A DNA stretch of 64,000 nucleotides from Dehalococcoidia bacterium UBA1141 (lineage in GTDB: Bacteria > Chloroflexota > Dehalococcoidia > Lucifugimonadales > UBA3495). Position numbers and translations under genes: made by a program. The notes under the pieces were generated by a model. That model was not told where the DNA came from, made no database searches, and saw only the letters and a list, made by a program, of their open reading frames with translations. The stretch spans positions 118,385-182,384 of the forward strand of contig DCAE01000109.1 of the NCBI GenBank assembly GCA_002311385.1. Reading direction: 5' to 3'. Every line of letters begins with the position of its first letter. The stretch's first letter is position 1. Positions 9,699-19,071 of this stretch are shown piece after piece.

Positions 9699-9712
9699 TA
9701 GGTGTACCGTTT

Positions 9713-11080
9713 TTGGAATTCCTGTTAATAGGCTTAAATCACCGCACTTCCCCTCTGGATGTGCGTGAAAAATTAACCCTGACCAAGTCCCAGTGGCCCC
9801 AAGCGCTTAGTGACATGGCGGAATACGGGGTACCGGGCGTTATCCTCTCCACCTGCAACCGTTCCGAGTTTTATGCTCTGGAACCGGCCAACCCACAAAC
9901 CACGGAACAATCCTCAAAACTTAAATGGAAAGGTTCCGGCGAAGACCGCATCAAGCAGTTCTTGGTTGATAAATTCGACGTTTCCCTGCTGGACGTGGAC
10001 CGTTTCCTTTACGTTCACCGGGAACGCGATTGCGTTAACCACCTGTTCCGGGTAGCTTCCAGCCTAGATTCCATGATTCTCGGGGAAGAGCAAATCATCG
10101 GCCAGGTCAGGGAAGCCTTCGATATTGCCTCCCAATCGGAAAATCTTCCCAGTTCTTTGTCCTTTCTGTTCCAGCGGGCATTGCGAGTGGGAAGGCGGGT
10201 GCGGCGGGAAACCGGCATTGGCCGCAACGCAATGTCCGTCAGCAAAGCCTGCGTGGAGTTGGCCAAAAACGCCTTGGGCGACCTTAAGGGCCGAAGGGCG
10301 ATGGTGGTTGGCGCTGGCGACGCAGGAGAGTTGGCTGCCCAAGTGTTGTCCCGTTCCGGGGTGGACCAAATAACCGTGACCAACCGCACTTATGCGAGAG
10401 CCTTGGAATTGGCTAGAGGGCTTTCCGGCCAGGCAATACCTTTCCAAGAATTCCCGGACGCCTTGAAAACCTCCGACATTGTTATCGGATGCACCGGTTC
10501 CCCAGGCTATGTCCTGGAAGCCAGCGCCGTCCGCACGGCCATGGCTGCCAGGCCCGACAGGCCACTATTCTTGCTGGATATCGCCGTGCCCCGGGACATT
10601 GACCCGGAGGCCGGAAAAATCGAAAACGTGTTCCTCCATGACGTAGACGACCTTGAATCAGTTTCAGAAGCCAGTCGTGTAGAAAAAGCTGAAGAAGCCC
10701 GCAGCGCCGAAGATGTGGTGAACAAGGAATCGGAGTTGTTTCTAGATTGGTGGCGCACCTTGGAAGTGCTGCCCACGGTGATTAACCTGCGCCACAAGGC
10801 AGACCAAATCCGGGAGAAAGAACTGAACAAGACCCTCAAGCGCTTGAATGGCAAACTCTCTGCCGAGGAGATTGGTTCCATAGACTCAATGACCCAAGCA
10901 ATCGTTAATAAGCTGCTTCATGAACCCACGTTGTTTTTGAAGAATCGGCCTTCATCCACCGAGTTAGACCTGGCTAGAGAATTGTTTGGTTTATCTTCCC
11001 CATTGCCACAAGAACCCATTTCTCGGGACCACGTAAACCAGGACCACATAAATAATGAAAGTTCAGATGCTATTGATTGA
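9713..11080 (+). CDS. hemA: glutamyl-tRNA reductase
   Basis: (L/M)EFLLIGLNHRTSPLDVREKL..., catalytic LSTCNRSE and the NAD-binding VVGAGDAGE. The start is uncertain: the ORF track gives ATG 9626, but I prefer TTG 9713 (AGGTG lies 9 nt upstream), because the 13-nt tandem repeat would otherwise be coding. Confidence 0.85.
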   Translation: MEFLLIGLNHRTSPLDVREKLTLTKSQWPQALSDMAEYGVPGVILSTCNRSEFYALEPANPQTTEQSSKLKWKGSGEDRIKQFLVDKFDVSLLDVDRFLYVHRERDCVNHLFRVASSLDSMILGEEQIIGQVREAFDIASQSENLPSSLSFLFQRALRVGRRVRRETGIGRNAMSVSKACVELAKNALGDLKGRRAMVVGAGDAGELAAQVLSRSGVDQITVTNRTYARALELARGLSGQAIPFQEFPDALKTSDIVIGCTGSPGYVLEASAVRTAMAARPDRPLFLLDIAVPRDIDPEAGKIENVFLHDVDDLESVSEASRVEKAEEARSAEDVVNKESELFLDWWRTLEVLPTVINLRHKADQIREKELNKTLKRLNGKLSAEEIGSIDSMTQAIVNKLLHEPTLFLKNRPSSTELDLARELFGLSSPLPQEPISRDHVNQDHINNESSDAID

Positions 11081-11754
11081 TGTCCTTAGTTGAGAAATAC
11101 GCCCTTCTGCCCGACGAAATCGACCGGGAAAGCCTCAAAATGGTTGAGGCCAGCCTGCCCGGCGGGCTTTCCTTGTCCAAAACCGAGCACTACGTAATGT
11201 GCCGCATCGTCCGCGCTGAAGGGGATCCCGAAATTTCTTTGGACGTGGAATTTAGTGAAGGGGCAGTGACAACAGGTATTGCCGCGCTATTATCCGGTGT
11301 GGACGTGGTCACCGATGTGCGGATGGTGGAAGTGGGGATATCCAGAGCCCTGCTCTCCAAACTAGGGACGAATACCAGGTGTCAAATCGACACCCGCCAG
11401 GTTGCAGAACGAGCGATACAAGAAAGGACCACCAGGTCGGTGGCCGCCATAAGGGAGTTGTCTCCTCATTTAAATGGCGCAGTAGTCGCTGTGGGCAACG
11501 CCCCGACGGCGCTGTTGGCCCTGCTGGACTTGGTGAGTGAAGGACTGGTAAGACCAGCCTTGGTGGTGGGTATGCCGGTGGGGTATGTCGCTTGCGCCGA
11601 ATCCAAGGAAGAACTAACCCGTAGCGATGTCCCATACATCACAATCAAAGGCCGCAGAGGTGGTAGTTCCGCCGCCGCAGCCACCGTTAATGCTTTGCTT
11701 ACCCTTGCTCTAGAAGGGAATAAACCCGAAACCGGCGAAGCGGAAAAGGCCTAA
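11080..11754 (+). CDS. cbiC: cobalt-precorrin-8 methylmutase
   Basis: Contains GNAPTALLALLDLV, VVGMPVGYVACAESKEEL and KGRRGGSSAAAATVNAL signatures. The start overlaps the hemA stop (TGATG). Confidence 0.85.
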   Translation: MSLVEKYALLPDEIDRESLKMVEASLPGGLSLSKTEHYVMCRIVRAEGDPEISLDVEFSEGAVTTGIAALLSGVDVVTDVRMVEVGISRALLSKLGTNTRCQIDTRQVAERAIQERTTRSVAAIRELSPHLNGAVVAVGNAPTALLALLDLVSEGLVRPALVVGMPVGYVACAESKEELTRSDVPYITIKGRRGGSSAAAATVNALLTLALEGNKPETGEAEKA

Positions 11755-11759
11755 AAGCG

Positions 11760-12674
11760 ATGACACAAACAACCAACGGCTCAGCCGCCACCGGCGGTCA
11801 GCCCAGCGATTCGGATTGGGGAGTGGTGCTCATCGCCCACGGCAGCCAGCGGGGTACTGATCGCACCGAGTGCTCTTGCGCATGGGAGCAAACCGGTTCT
11901 CAACGCCCGAATTGGTGCCTGGAATGCCCCAGCACGCCAGAGGGGCTGATTGACGCCACCGGCAGATTTCGCTCGCATCTAGGCTTGTCGGAACATCAGG
12001 TCGTCTTATCTTGCCTAGAGTTCATCGAGCCGTTCCCCAAACAGGCGGTCGGCATACTGAAAGACAGAGGATTTCGTCAGGTGGCCTTGGTACCTTTCCT
12101 TTTGGGCAGCGGCAAACACGCCACATTGGAAATGGAAGAAGTGTTGCAGGAAGTGCAGGAAGACGCACCGGACGTTCGCATGCACCTGGCAGAGGGTCTG
12201 GGCAGCGACCCGCTCCTGGCTGAACTGGTAGTTCAAAGAGTACAAGGGCTGGCTGACAAACAGGAATTCCAGCCATCGGGGGAGAAAACCTCCGGAATCG
12301 TTTTGGTCAAGGCTGGCACCAAGACAATCTACGATGATTGCGTATGGCTTAAGGAACTAGGGGAACTGGTGGAAGAGCGGCTTGGTCCAGGATATGCCGT
12401 GTCGGTGGGCCAGTCCCATTACGGCGACCCTACCATGGAAGCAGCTACAGAGGTTTTGGTCAGACAGAGAAATGTATCTTCTCTCATGTACGTGCCCTAT
12501 CTATTTTTCCCAGGCATCATCTTGAAAAGGAACGTACTGGGCACTATGAGTGAATTGCAAAACACCTATCCAGGGATACCCATGACGGTCACACCCCCGT
12601 TGGGAGCAGGCGGTCAAGCGGTGGCAGTGGCGGCGCAGCGCGTCCAGCGGCTCTGGACTCAGACCCAAGGCTAA
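11760..12674 (+). CDS. cbiX: sirohydrochlorin cobaltochelatase, two-domain CbiX type
   Basis: Two CbiX-like halves (VVLIAHGSQRG...; IVLVKAGTK...) and its position in the cbi operon. The N-terminal half carries a Cys-rich insert, TECSCAWEQTGSQRPNWCLEC. Confidence 0.7.
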   Translation: MTQTTNGSAATGGQPSDSDWGVVLIAHGSQRGTDRTECSCAWEQTGSQRPNWCLECPSTPEGLIDATGRFRSHLGLSEHQVVLSCLEFIEPFPKQAVGILKDRGFRQVALVPFLLGSGKHATLEMEEVLQEVQEDAPDVRMHLAEGLGSDPLLAELVVQRVQGLADKQEFQPSGEKTSGIVLVKAGTKTIYDDCVWLKELGELVEERLGPGYAVSVGQSHYGDPTMEAATEVLVRQRNVSSLMYVPYLFFPGIILKRNVLGTMSELQNTYPGIPMTVTPPLGAGGQAVAVAAQRVQRLWTQTQG

Positions 12675-12961
12675 TTCAATTCGAAACAACCATCCTGCTA
12701 ACCCCTAACCTGATTAGCTTCGCTGGCCAAGCTCTTGTCAACGGCCAAACTGCCTCAGAAATCGCCCTGGTTAATTTCAACAAACCCACAGATTGTTTCT
12801 TTTGAGCAAATTCCGGTGGGCAAATTCCGGCTCGTGGCGTTCCGTCAGACGGTATTCCCGGCCCCGGTGCGATATACTGGTTCTACACGAATCCCCTGGC
12901 CTTGGTTTCAGCGGCTATCGCTGAGAATATTTGGCCTATATTTGGACACAACAGCAAGATT

Positions 12962-14215
12962 ATGAGTAGCGTTCAACCACCGGAAAATCATGAAGAAAGC
13001 GACTACAGCCGCCAGACGGTGACACGTAAGGGCATGCGCACCGGTTACACCACCGGGTCTTGCGCAGCAGCAGCAGCAAAGGCCGCAACCCTGAGCTTGC
13101 TGACCGGTAATTCGGTTGAGAAAGTCACTATTCACTTGCCTGTTGGAAAAGATGTCACTTTTACTCTCAACCGGTGCCAGCAGATAGACGGTGGAACCAG
13201 TGTTCTGTGCTCAGTGATAAAAGACGGAGGCGACGACCCGGATGTCACCCACGGCGCTGAAATATGCGCCACCGTCTCCCGCACGCCAGCCTTTTTGGAA
13301 CAACCTCCCACTACCGAAGAGAAAAATCCCACGACCGGACAAAGAATCTCCATAACCGGCGGAATTGGCGTCGGCACGGTGACCCGCCCCGGAACGGGCA
13401 TCGAAGTGGGCCAGCCAGCGGTGACCCGAGTGCCCCGCCGGATGATAATCGAATCGATGGAGCAAGCAGGAAACGAGTGCGGCCTGGAGCCCGATGCTTG
13501 CCTGACCGTGGAACTCTCCGTGCCCACCGGCGCGGAAATCGCACTAAAAACAACCAATTCGCGCCTGGGTGTCATGGGTGGAATCTCAATCTTGGGCAGC
13601 ACAGGCGTGGTCCAACCCTATTCCACCGCCGCCTGGCGGGCGAGCGTGCACTTGGCCATAGATGTGGCCGCCGCCAATAATCTGGAGCACCTGATACTAT
13701 CCACCGGAACACAGAGCGAGATATTCACCAAGCGTCGATTGGACCTGCCGGACATGGCCTATATCGAGGCCGGCATATTCAGCGGCCCCGCTCTGAAACG
13801 TTGCGTCACTCGGGGCATCGGTCGGGCGACTCATGTGGGCATGGTCGGCAAATTCTCCAAGATGGCAATGGGCTACTTCGTTACCCACGTGGCGGGCAAC
13901 AAGGTGGACACCGAATTCCTTGCTTCTCTGGCCGCCCAATGCGGCGCAACGGCTGAACTGCAAGAGGAAATGAAGGGCGCCGCCAGTGGCCGCCACTTCC
14001 AGGAAATCGCCCAGGCAGCAAATATTGAAGCGGTATTCCCTCTCATGTGCCGCCTAGTCTGCGAAGAAAGCCACATGCTTCTGGGTGACGACGCCGATAA
14101 ATTGATTGTCGACGCCCTGTGTTTCGATTTCGACGGTGCTTTACTGGGCCAAGCCTCCACCTCTCCCGAGGGCATCACATTGTTAGCGCCTTCAGGGTCG
14201 GCCACCATTGGGTGA
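12962..14215 (+). CDS. cbiD: cobalt-precorrin-5B (C1)-methyltransferase
   Basis: GMRTGYTTGSCAAAAAKAATL... and GDDPDVTHGAEI are typical CbiD motifs. ATG 12962 is preferred over GTG 12902. Confidence 0.9.
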   Translation: MSSVQPPENHEESDYSRQTVTRKGMRTGYTTGSCAAAAAKAATLSLLTGNSVEKVTIHLPVGKDVTFTLNRCQQIDGGTSVLCSVIKDGGDDPDVTHGAEICATVSRTPAFLEQPPTTEEKNPTTGQRISITGGIGVGTVTRPGTGIEVGQPAVTRVPRRMIIESMEQAGNECGLEPDACLTVELSVPTGAEIALKTTNSRLGVMGGISILGSTGVVQPYSTAAWRASVHLAIDVAAANNLEHLILSTGTQSEIFTKRRLDLPDMAYIEAGIFSGPALKRCVTRGIGRATHVGMVGKFSKMAMGYFVTHVAGNKVDTEFLASLAAQCGATAELQEEMKGAASGRHFQEIAQAANIEAVFPLMCRLVCEESHMLLGDDADKLIVDALCFDFDGALLGQASTSPEGITLLAPSGSATIG

Positions 14216-14858
14216 GGTATCCTCCCAACCTGCCGATTCTGACCGCAAAACCGACGCGGCAATCATCCTCCCTCGGGCTCTGGGTTTGCCAGACAGCGCT
14301 TTTGAGCAACGCACGCCCTTGCGAGGCCAAATCACCAAAAGGGAAGTGCGGGCAGTCTCCCTGTATGCCTTGGGCCTGAGGCCGAGTAGCGTTGTTTGGG
14401 ACGTAGGCTCTGGCACAGGGTCCGTGGCGGTGGAAGCCGCCTTGATTGCCCACCGAGGGACTGTGTACGCCATTGAACGTGACGAAGCAAGCATCAATTT
14501 GCTAAAAGCCAACGTGGACAAGTGGGGCTCAGGAAACATCCGGGTGATGGCTGGCGAGGCCCCTGGGATCTTGGACAATCTGGAAGACCCTGACTCGGTG
14601 TTTATCGGCGGCAGCGGCGGCAGACTCGCCGACATCCTGGATGTTGCGGCCAGGCGGGTAAAGTTGGATGGCCGCATAGTGGTGAACCTGGCGGTGCTCG
14701 AACGGACTCTGGACACGATTAAAAAAATGAAAGAACTGGGGTTCGCTACGGAGTTGTCCATGGTCAGTTCATCTCGAGGTAGAGAGATGCCCGATGGCGC
14801 CACTCGTCTGGAAGCTCTGAACCCGGTGTTCGTCGTGTCCGCCCAGCGAGATTCCTAG
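14208..14858 (+). CDS. cbiT: cobalt-precorrin-6B C15-methyltransferase (decarboxylating)
   Basis: Class I SAM fold VWDVGSGTGSVAVEAA with a CbiT-type N-terminus (TKREVRAVSL). Overlaps the cbiD stop by 8 nt. Confidence 0.8.
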   Translation: MGEVSSQPADSDRKTDAAIILPRALGLPDSAFEQRTPLRGQITKREVRAVSLYALGLRPSSVVWDVGSGTGSVAVEAALIAHRGTVYAIERDEASINLLKANVDKWGSGNIRVMAGEAPGILDNLEDPDSVFIGGSGGRLADILDVAARRVKLDGRIVVNLAVLERTLDTIKKMKELGFATELSMVSSSRGREMPDGATRLEALNPVFVVSAQRDS

Positions 14859-14860
14859 CC

Positions 14861-15607
14861 TTGAGCACCGGTCCGGGAACCAACGCATCCGGATCAACCC
14901 CTGTGGGGACACTCTTCGGCGTCGGGGTAGGTCCCGGCGACCCGGAGCTATTAACACTAAAGGCCCTACGCATCATCCGGGCCGCAGCCGTGATATGTGC
15001 TCCACAATCGGAAACGAGACCGGATAGTTATGCGCTGGGTATCATCCGGGAATACCTGGATGCCGATAATCAGGAAGTTCTGCGGCTGACCTTCCCGGTG
15101 GACGACCCCGAAGGCGCAGCGGGAGTGTGGCGGTCAGGGGCCGATACTTTGGCCCAAAGACTGTATGGCGGGCAGGATGTGGCATTCATCACCGAAGGCG
15201 ACCCCATGTTGTTCAGCACATTCATCTATATGCTGGAAGCCATGACTGCGGAGCACCCATCAATACCTGTGGAAATAATCCCGGGGGTTTCCTCGGTCAT
15301 GGCTGCGGCGGCCAGCAGCAAAGTGCCCCTGGCCACCCATGGACAACGGTTGGCGGTGCTGCCCACAGTTTACGGGATTGACGACCTTTCTGAGGCTATT
15401 GCCAGCTACGATACTATTGTACTGATGAAGGTGAACCGGGAATTGTTGGGTGCCTTGGAAAACCTGGACGGCCTGGGTCTCGCCGGCAAGTCGGTGTTTG
15501 TGCGCCGGGTGAGCACCCCAAGTGAAAAGGTCGTAAGCGACGTAAAACAGTTGACCCAAGAAGACGTGGATTATTTCTCCCTGCTCATTGTTAAAAGAGA
15601 CGGTTAA
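14861..15607 (+). CDS. cbiL: cobalt-factor II / precorrin-2 C20-methyltransferase
   Basis: Tetrapyrrole methylase signature LFGVGVGPGDPELLTLKALRII, in the operon context. Confidence 0.8.
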   Translation: MSTGPGTNASGSTPVGTLFGVGVGPGDPELLTLKALRIIRAAAVICAPQSETRPDSYALGIIREYLDADNQEVLRLTFPVDDPEGAAGVWRSGADTLAQRLYGGQDVAFITEGDPMLFSTFIYMLEAMTAEHPSIPVEIIPGVSSVMAAAASSKVPLATHGQRLAVLPTVYGIDDLSEAIASYDTIVLMKVNRELLGALENLDGLGLAGKSVFVRRVSTPSEKVVSDVKQLTQEDVDYFSLLIVKRDG

Positions 15608-15657
15608 AAGGGACGGATAGCACCGTTAAGAACCCTAATTCTTATAAGGTTGGCCCA

Positions 15658-16542
15658 ATGACCACTGCAAAAGGCAAGGTTTATTTCGTTGGCGGAGGCC
15701 CCGGCGACCCGGATTTATTGACCATCAAGGCCAAGCGGATTATCGAGTCCGCCGACGTAATAATCTATGCCGACTCCTTGGTCCATCCATCCATCGTCGA
15801 GTTCGCCAAAGACGGAGCAGAGGTCCACGGCAGCAAAGAGATGACGCTGCCAGAAATGATGCGGTTGGCCGTGGATTCCGTGGCCCAAGGTAAGACGGTG
15901 GCGCGGGTGCAAAGCGGCGACCCGGCAATCTACGGCGCAATGATTGAGCAGATGAGGGTGCTCGAATCCGAGGGCATTGAATACGAGGTGATTCCGGGGG
16001 TAAGCTCTGCATTTGCCGCCGCAGCCGTCCTAAAGGCGGAGCTAACCGTGCCCGAGATTTCCCAGACCGTGATCCTGACCCGGGCTGAGGGCCGGGTGGC
16101 CATGCCGCCCAAGGAGCAACTAAAAGACCTGGCGGCCCACGGTTGCACGGTGGTCATTTTCATGAGCATAACGAGGACAACTCGGATCGTCAGGGAATTC
16201 AGGGCCGCCGGTTACTCCAAGGACACCCCGGTGGCGGTGGTTTACCGCGTGGGCTGGCCCGACCAGAAAGTAATCCGCGGCACCTTGGCCGATATTGCCG
16301 CCAAGGTCCGGGAGGCCAAGATTACCTTGCAGGCCTTAGTCATGGTGGGTCGGGCATTGGACCCGGCGTTGAGGCAACCCGAGCAGCCTGGGGTCGGCTC
16401 GGCGACCTCCCACCTGTATTCCGCCGAGTACACTCATCTGTACCGAAAATCCCAGAGCAGGACCAAGCCAGCGGGCTCCAGACTAACTAAAGCCAAAGAA
16501 GAATCCGGCGAAAGCAAGACGACCGGCGCCAAAGCCAGCTGA
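15658..16542 (+). CDS. cbiF: cobalt-precorrin-4 C11-methyltransferase
   Basis: KVYFVGGGPGDPDLLTIKAKRIIESADVIIYADSLV and RVQSGDPAIYGA are CbiF/CobM-like. It has a roughly 45-aa charged C-terminal tail. Confidence 0.85.
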   Translation: MTTAKGKVYFVGGGPGDPDLLTIKAKRIIESADVIIYADSLVHPSIVEFAKDGAEVHGSKEMTLPEMMRLAVDSVAQGKTVARVQSGDPAIYGAMIEQMRVLESEGIEYEVIPGVSSAFAAAAVLKAELTVPEISQTVILTRAEGRVAMPPKEQLKDLAAHGCTVVIFMSITRTTRIVREFRAAGYSKDTPVAVVYRVGWPDQKVIRGTLADIAAKVREAKITLQALVMVGRALDPALRQPEQPGVGSATSHLYSAEYTHLYRKSQSRTKPAGSRLTKAKEESGESKTTGAKAS

Positions 16543-16552
16543 CGGTCTGCCT

Positions 16553-17761
16553 ATGACCAGCAACCCCACCAACACTTCTCGTAGCACAGCAATCGTCGCT
16601 ATATCCAGTCGTGGGGCGGTAATGGCCCGAAGATTGGTGGACCGTCTGGAAGGTCCGGTGGAATTGCATGTGTCCCGACGATACTCTCAGCCAGCCGGTT
16701 CTGAAACTTCCTTCGAACTGCCAGCACGGCCTGTTGTTCAAGAATTGTTCAACACAGCGAAAAGTTTAATCTTGTTCATGCCCGTCGGCGCGGCCGTCCG
16801 GCTTTTGGCCTCGTCCCTAGATGACAAACACTCCGACCCGGCAGTCGTCTGCGTCGATGACGGCGGCCGGTTCGCTGTGAGCCTGGTTTCCGGGCATCTG
16901 GGTGGCGCGGACGCCTTGGCCCAAGAAGTAGCGGCGGCTCTGGGAGCCACCCCCGTGATAACATCGGGATCCCACGCATTGGGTGTGTTCGCCGCCGACA
17001 TGCTGGGCCGTGAATTTGGCTGGACCATCGAAACTCGACCGGGCCACCTGACCCGCGCCAGCGCCGCAGTGGTGAACGGTGAGGCAGTGGGACTGTTTCA
17101 AGACGCAGGACAGACGGATTGGCAATCGGCTGACCAAGAACTTCCAAATAACATGACGATTTTCTCGTCGATCGGCGCAGTCATGGGCTCCGACTGCGCC
17201 GCAGCGTTGATCATCACCGACCGAAACGACTCAGAATTATCAGACTTGAAATCAATCGAAGATGAGGCCTCGAACAAGGCTGTGGTAGTCTACCGGCCCA
17301 AGACTTTAGTGGCCGGTATGGGTTGCCGCAAAGGCGTCTCTGCGGATCATCTGTTAGAGCTTCTAACCAAGGCCTTTGAAGCCAACGATCTGTCGTTAAG
17401 CAGCCTCAGTTGCATCGCTACGGCGGATTTGAAACGAGATGAACCCGGCTTGATTGAACTGGCGGCCAAATACGATGTGCCGCTCCGCTGCTACAGCACA
17501 GGCGAGCTAAATTCGGTGTTCGGCGAAGAAAGTTCAAACGCGACAACTGGAATCGGCAATACGGTCGCAACCGCCCGACCAAGGGTGCACGGCCTGCTGG
17601 GTGTTTGGGGAGTTTCAGAGCCTGCCGCCCTGTTGGCCGCAGGGAGCAGGGAACTACTGGCGGAAAGAATCAAGACGGACCGGGCTACGATTGCTATAGC
17701 CCGTATTGGACACCTTCAGATTTTATCGGCCTCCTCGTCAACCGCCGGGAAAAGCGAATAG
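16553..17761 (+). CDS. cbiG: cobalt-precorrin-5A hydrolase
   Basis: N-terminal CbiG domain (AIVAISSRG...), a middle domain, and the C-terminal LVAGMGCRKG...IATADLKRDEPGL segment. Confidence 0.8.
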   Translation: MTSNPTNTSRSTAIVAISSRGAVMARRLVDRLEGPVELHVSRRYSQPAGSETSFELPARPVVQELFNTAKSLILFMPVGAAVRLLASSLDDKHSDPAVVCVDDGGRFAVSLVSGHLGGADALAQEVAAALGATPVITSGSHALGVFAADMLGREFGWTIETRPGHLTRASAAVVNGEAVGLFQDAGQTDWQSADQELPNNMTIFSSIGAVMGSDCAAALIITDRNDSELSDLKSIEDEASNKAVVVYRPKTLVAGMGCRKGVSADHLLELLTKAFEANDLSLSSLSCIATADLKRDEPGLIELAAKYDVPLRCYSTGELNSVFGEESSNATTGIGNTVATARPRVHGLLGVWGVSEPAALLAAGSRELLAERIKTDRATIAIARIGHLQILSASSSTAGKSE

Positions 17762-17763
17762 CG

Positions 17764-18972
17764 ATGCCCACGACCGAGAGCAAACTTCTGGGGCCAAAGG
17801 GCTGGTCTTTCCCTGATGACCCAGCGGACATACGGTTAGCTCTCCTGGCCAAAATCGACGGTCTGAAAGAAACGCTGGAGGCCGGAGTAGACGAAGGAGA
17901 ACAAAACAGCACCCTGGCATCTGGGGTGGTTGACGCCTTGTATGACGCCGGGCTCTTTGCGATAAAATTACCCCGAGAGTTGGGCGGGGCAGAGGCCGAT
18001 TTGGTCACCCAGATGGAAGTGATAGAGGCGCTGAGCCGCATTGAGCCCTCTGCCGGATGGTGCACCATGATTGGGGCCACAGGGATCGGCCTTATCGGCG
18101 CCCACCTTCCAGATGAGGCAATCTCCCAAATCTTCCCCGGAGGCAGTGTTCCTAGGAGCGCCGGGGCTTTCATGCCCATGGGCAAGGCTGAGACCGTTGA
18201 TGGAGGTTACTTGGTCAACGGACGCTGGTCTTTTGCCAGCGGAATCCGTCACTCCCACTGGTTGTCGGCGGGCGCCCTTGTGGTCAAGGACGGGAAGACA
18301 ACCGATGAGTACATCAGGGCGGTGTTCCCAACTTCGGATGCAGTGATTCACGACAACTGGGATGTCGCTGGCCTCAAAGGCACGGGCAGCTGCGATTTTT
18401 CAGTATCAGGCCTCTTCGTTCCTCAGGAGTTCACCTACCCCCGGGCGGCCGCTGAGCCCAAACGAGGAGGCTCCTTATACCGCCTGGGATGGCCCGGTTT
18501 CGTCGCCTATGAGCATGCCGCATTTGCATTGGGAGTAGGCAGGCGAGCATTGGACGTGATTGTTGCGGAGGCCAGCGCGAAAATCCGTGGAATGCAACCG
18601 TCGCGTTTGGCTTCAAGGCCTTCGTTCCAAAAGTCCCTCGGCGAGTGCGACCTGAGATTGAAGGCCGCCAGGACGTTGGTGATCCACCTTTTGGAGGAGG
18701 CCTGGGATCAGGCCAGTCAAGGAGTCATCCCGGGGCCTCAACTTCAAGGGGAAATGCGTAGCTCCGCCACCTTCGCTACTTCGGTGGCTCTAGATGTTGT
18801 GACCACCGCTTTTCGCTACGGTGGTGGTTCGGCTCTTTATACCACCAGCGTTCTACAGAGGTGCCTGCGGGACCTGAACGCCGCTGCTCAACACCTGATG
18901 GTTAGCGATTCCGCATACGAAAATCATGGGCAGTTCATGTTGGATATCCCTGACGCTGACCCCATGGGTTGA
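17764..18972 (+). CDS. acyl-CoA dehydrogenase-fold flavoprotein (type-2 ACAD / group-D flavin monooxygenase-like)
   Basis: ATG 17764 lies 2 nt after the cbiG stop. Contains ...GLFAIKLPRELGGAEADLVTQMEVIEALSRIEPSAGWC... and DNWDVAGLKGTGSCDFSVSGLFVPQEF. Paralogous to 38449..39633. Confidence 0.8.
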   Translation: MPTTESKLLGPKGWSFPDDPADIRLALLAKIDGLKETLEAGVDEGEQNSTLASGVVDALYDAGLFAIKLPRELGGAEADLVTQMEVIEALSRIEPSAGWCTMIGATGIGLIGAHLPDEAISQIFPGGSVPRSAGAFMPMGKAETVDGGYLVNGRWSFASGIRHSHWLSAGALVVKDGKTTDEYIRAVFPTSDAVIHDNWDVAGLKGTGSCDFSVSGLFVPQEFTYPRAAAEPKRGGSLYRLGWPGFVAYEHAAFALGVGRRALDVIVAEASAKIRGMQPSRLASRPSFQKSLGECDLRLKAARTLVIHLLEEAWDQASQGVIPGPQLQGEMRSSATFATSVALDVVTTAFRYGGGSALYTTSVLQRCLRDLNAAAQHLMVSDSAYENHGQFMLDIPDADPMG

Positions 18973-19071
18973 AGGATTCCAGCGGTCGACTCTGCGAATT
19001 GGCCGTTGGCTTCCAGGTTTGGACCTACGATCTTATCAACCAACTTAGTAAATAAGTTTAGGAACGTAAAA

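Noticed and set aside
12675-12961. Possible cobalamin riboswitch in the cbiX-cbiD spacer (GGTGGGCAAATTCCGGC, plus a direct repeat GCAAATTCCGG x2)
   Set aside because: Only a short GGTG..AA.TCC-like fragment matches. I find no GCCACTG element or B12 box. It remains merely an unusually long spacer with a short direct repeat.
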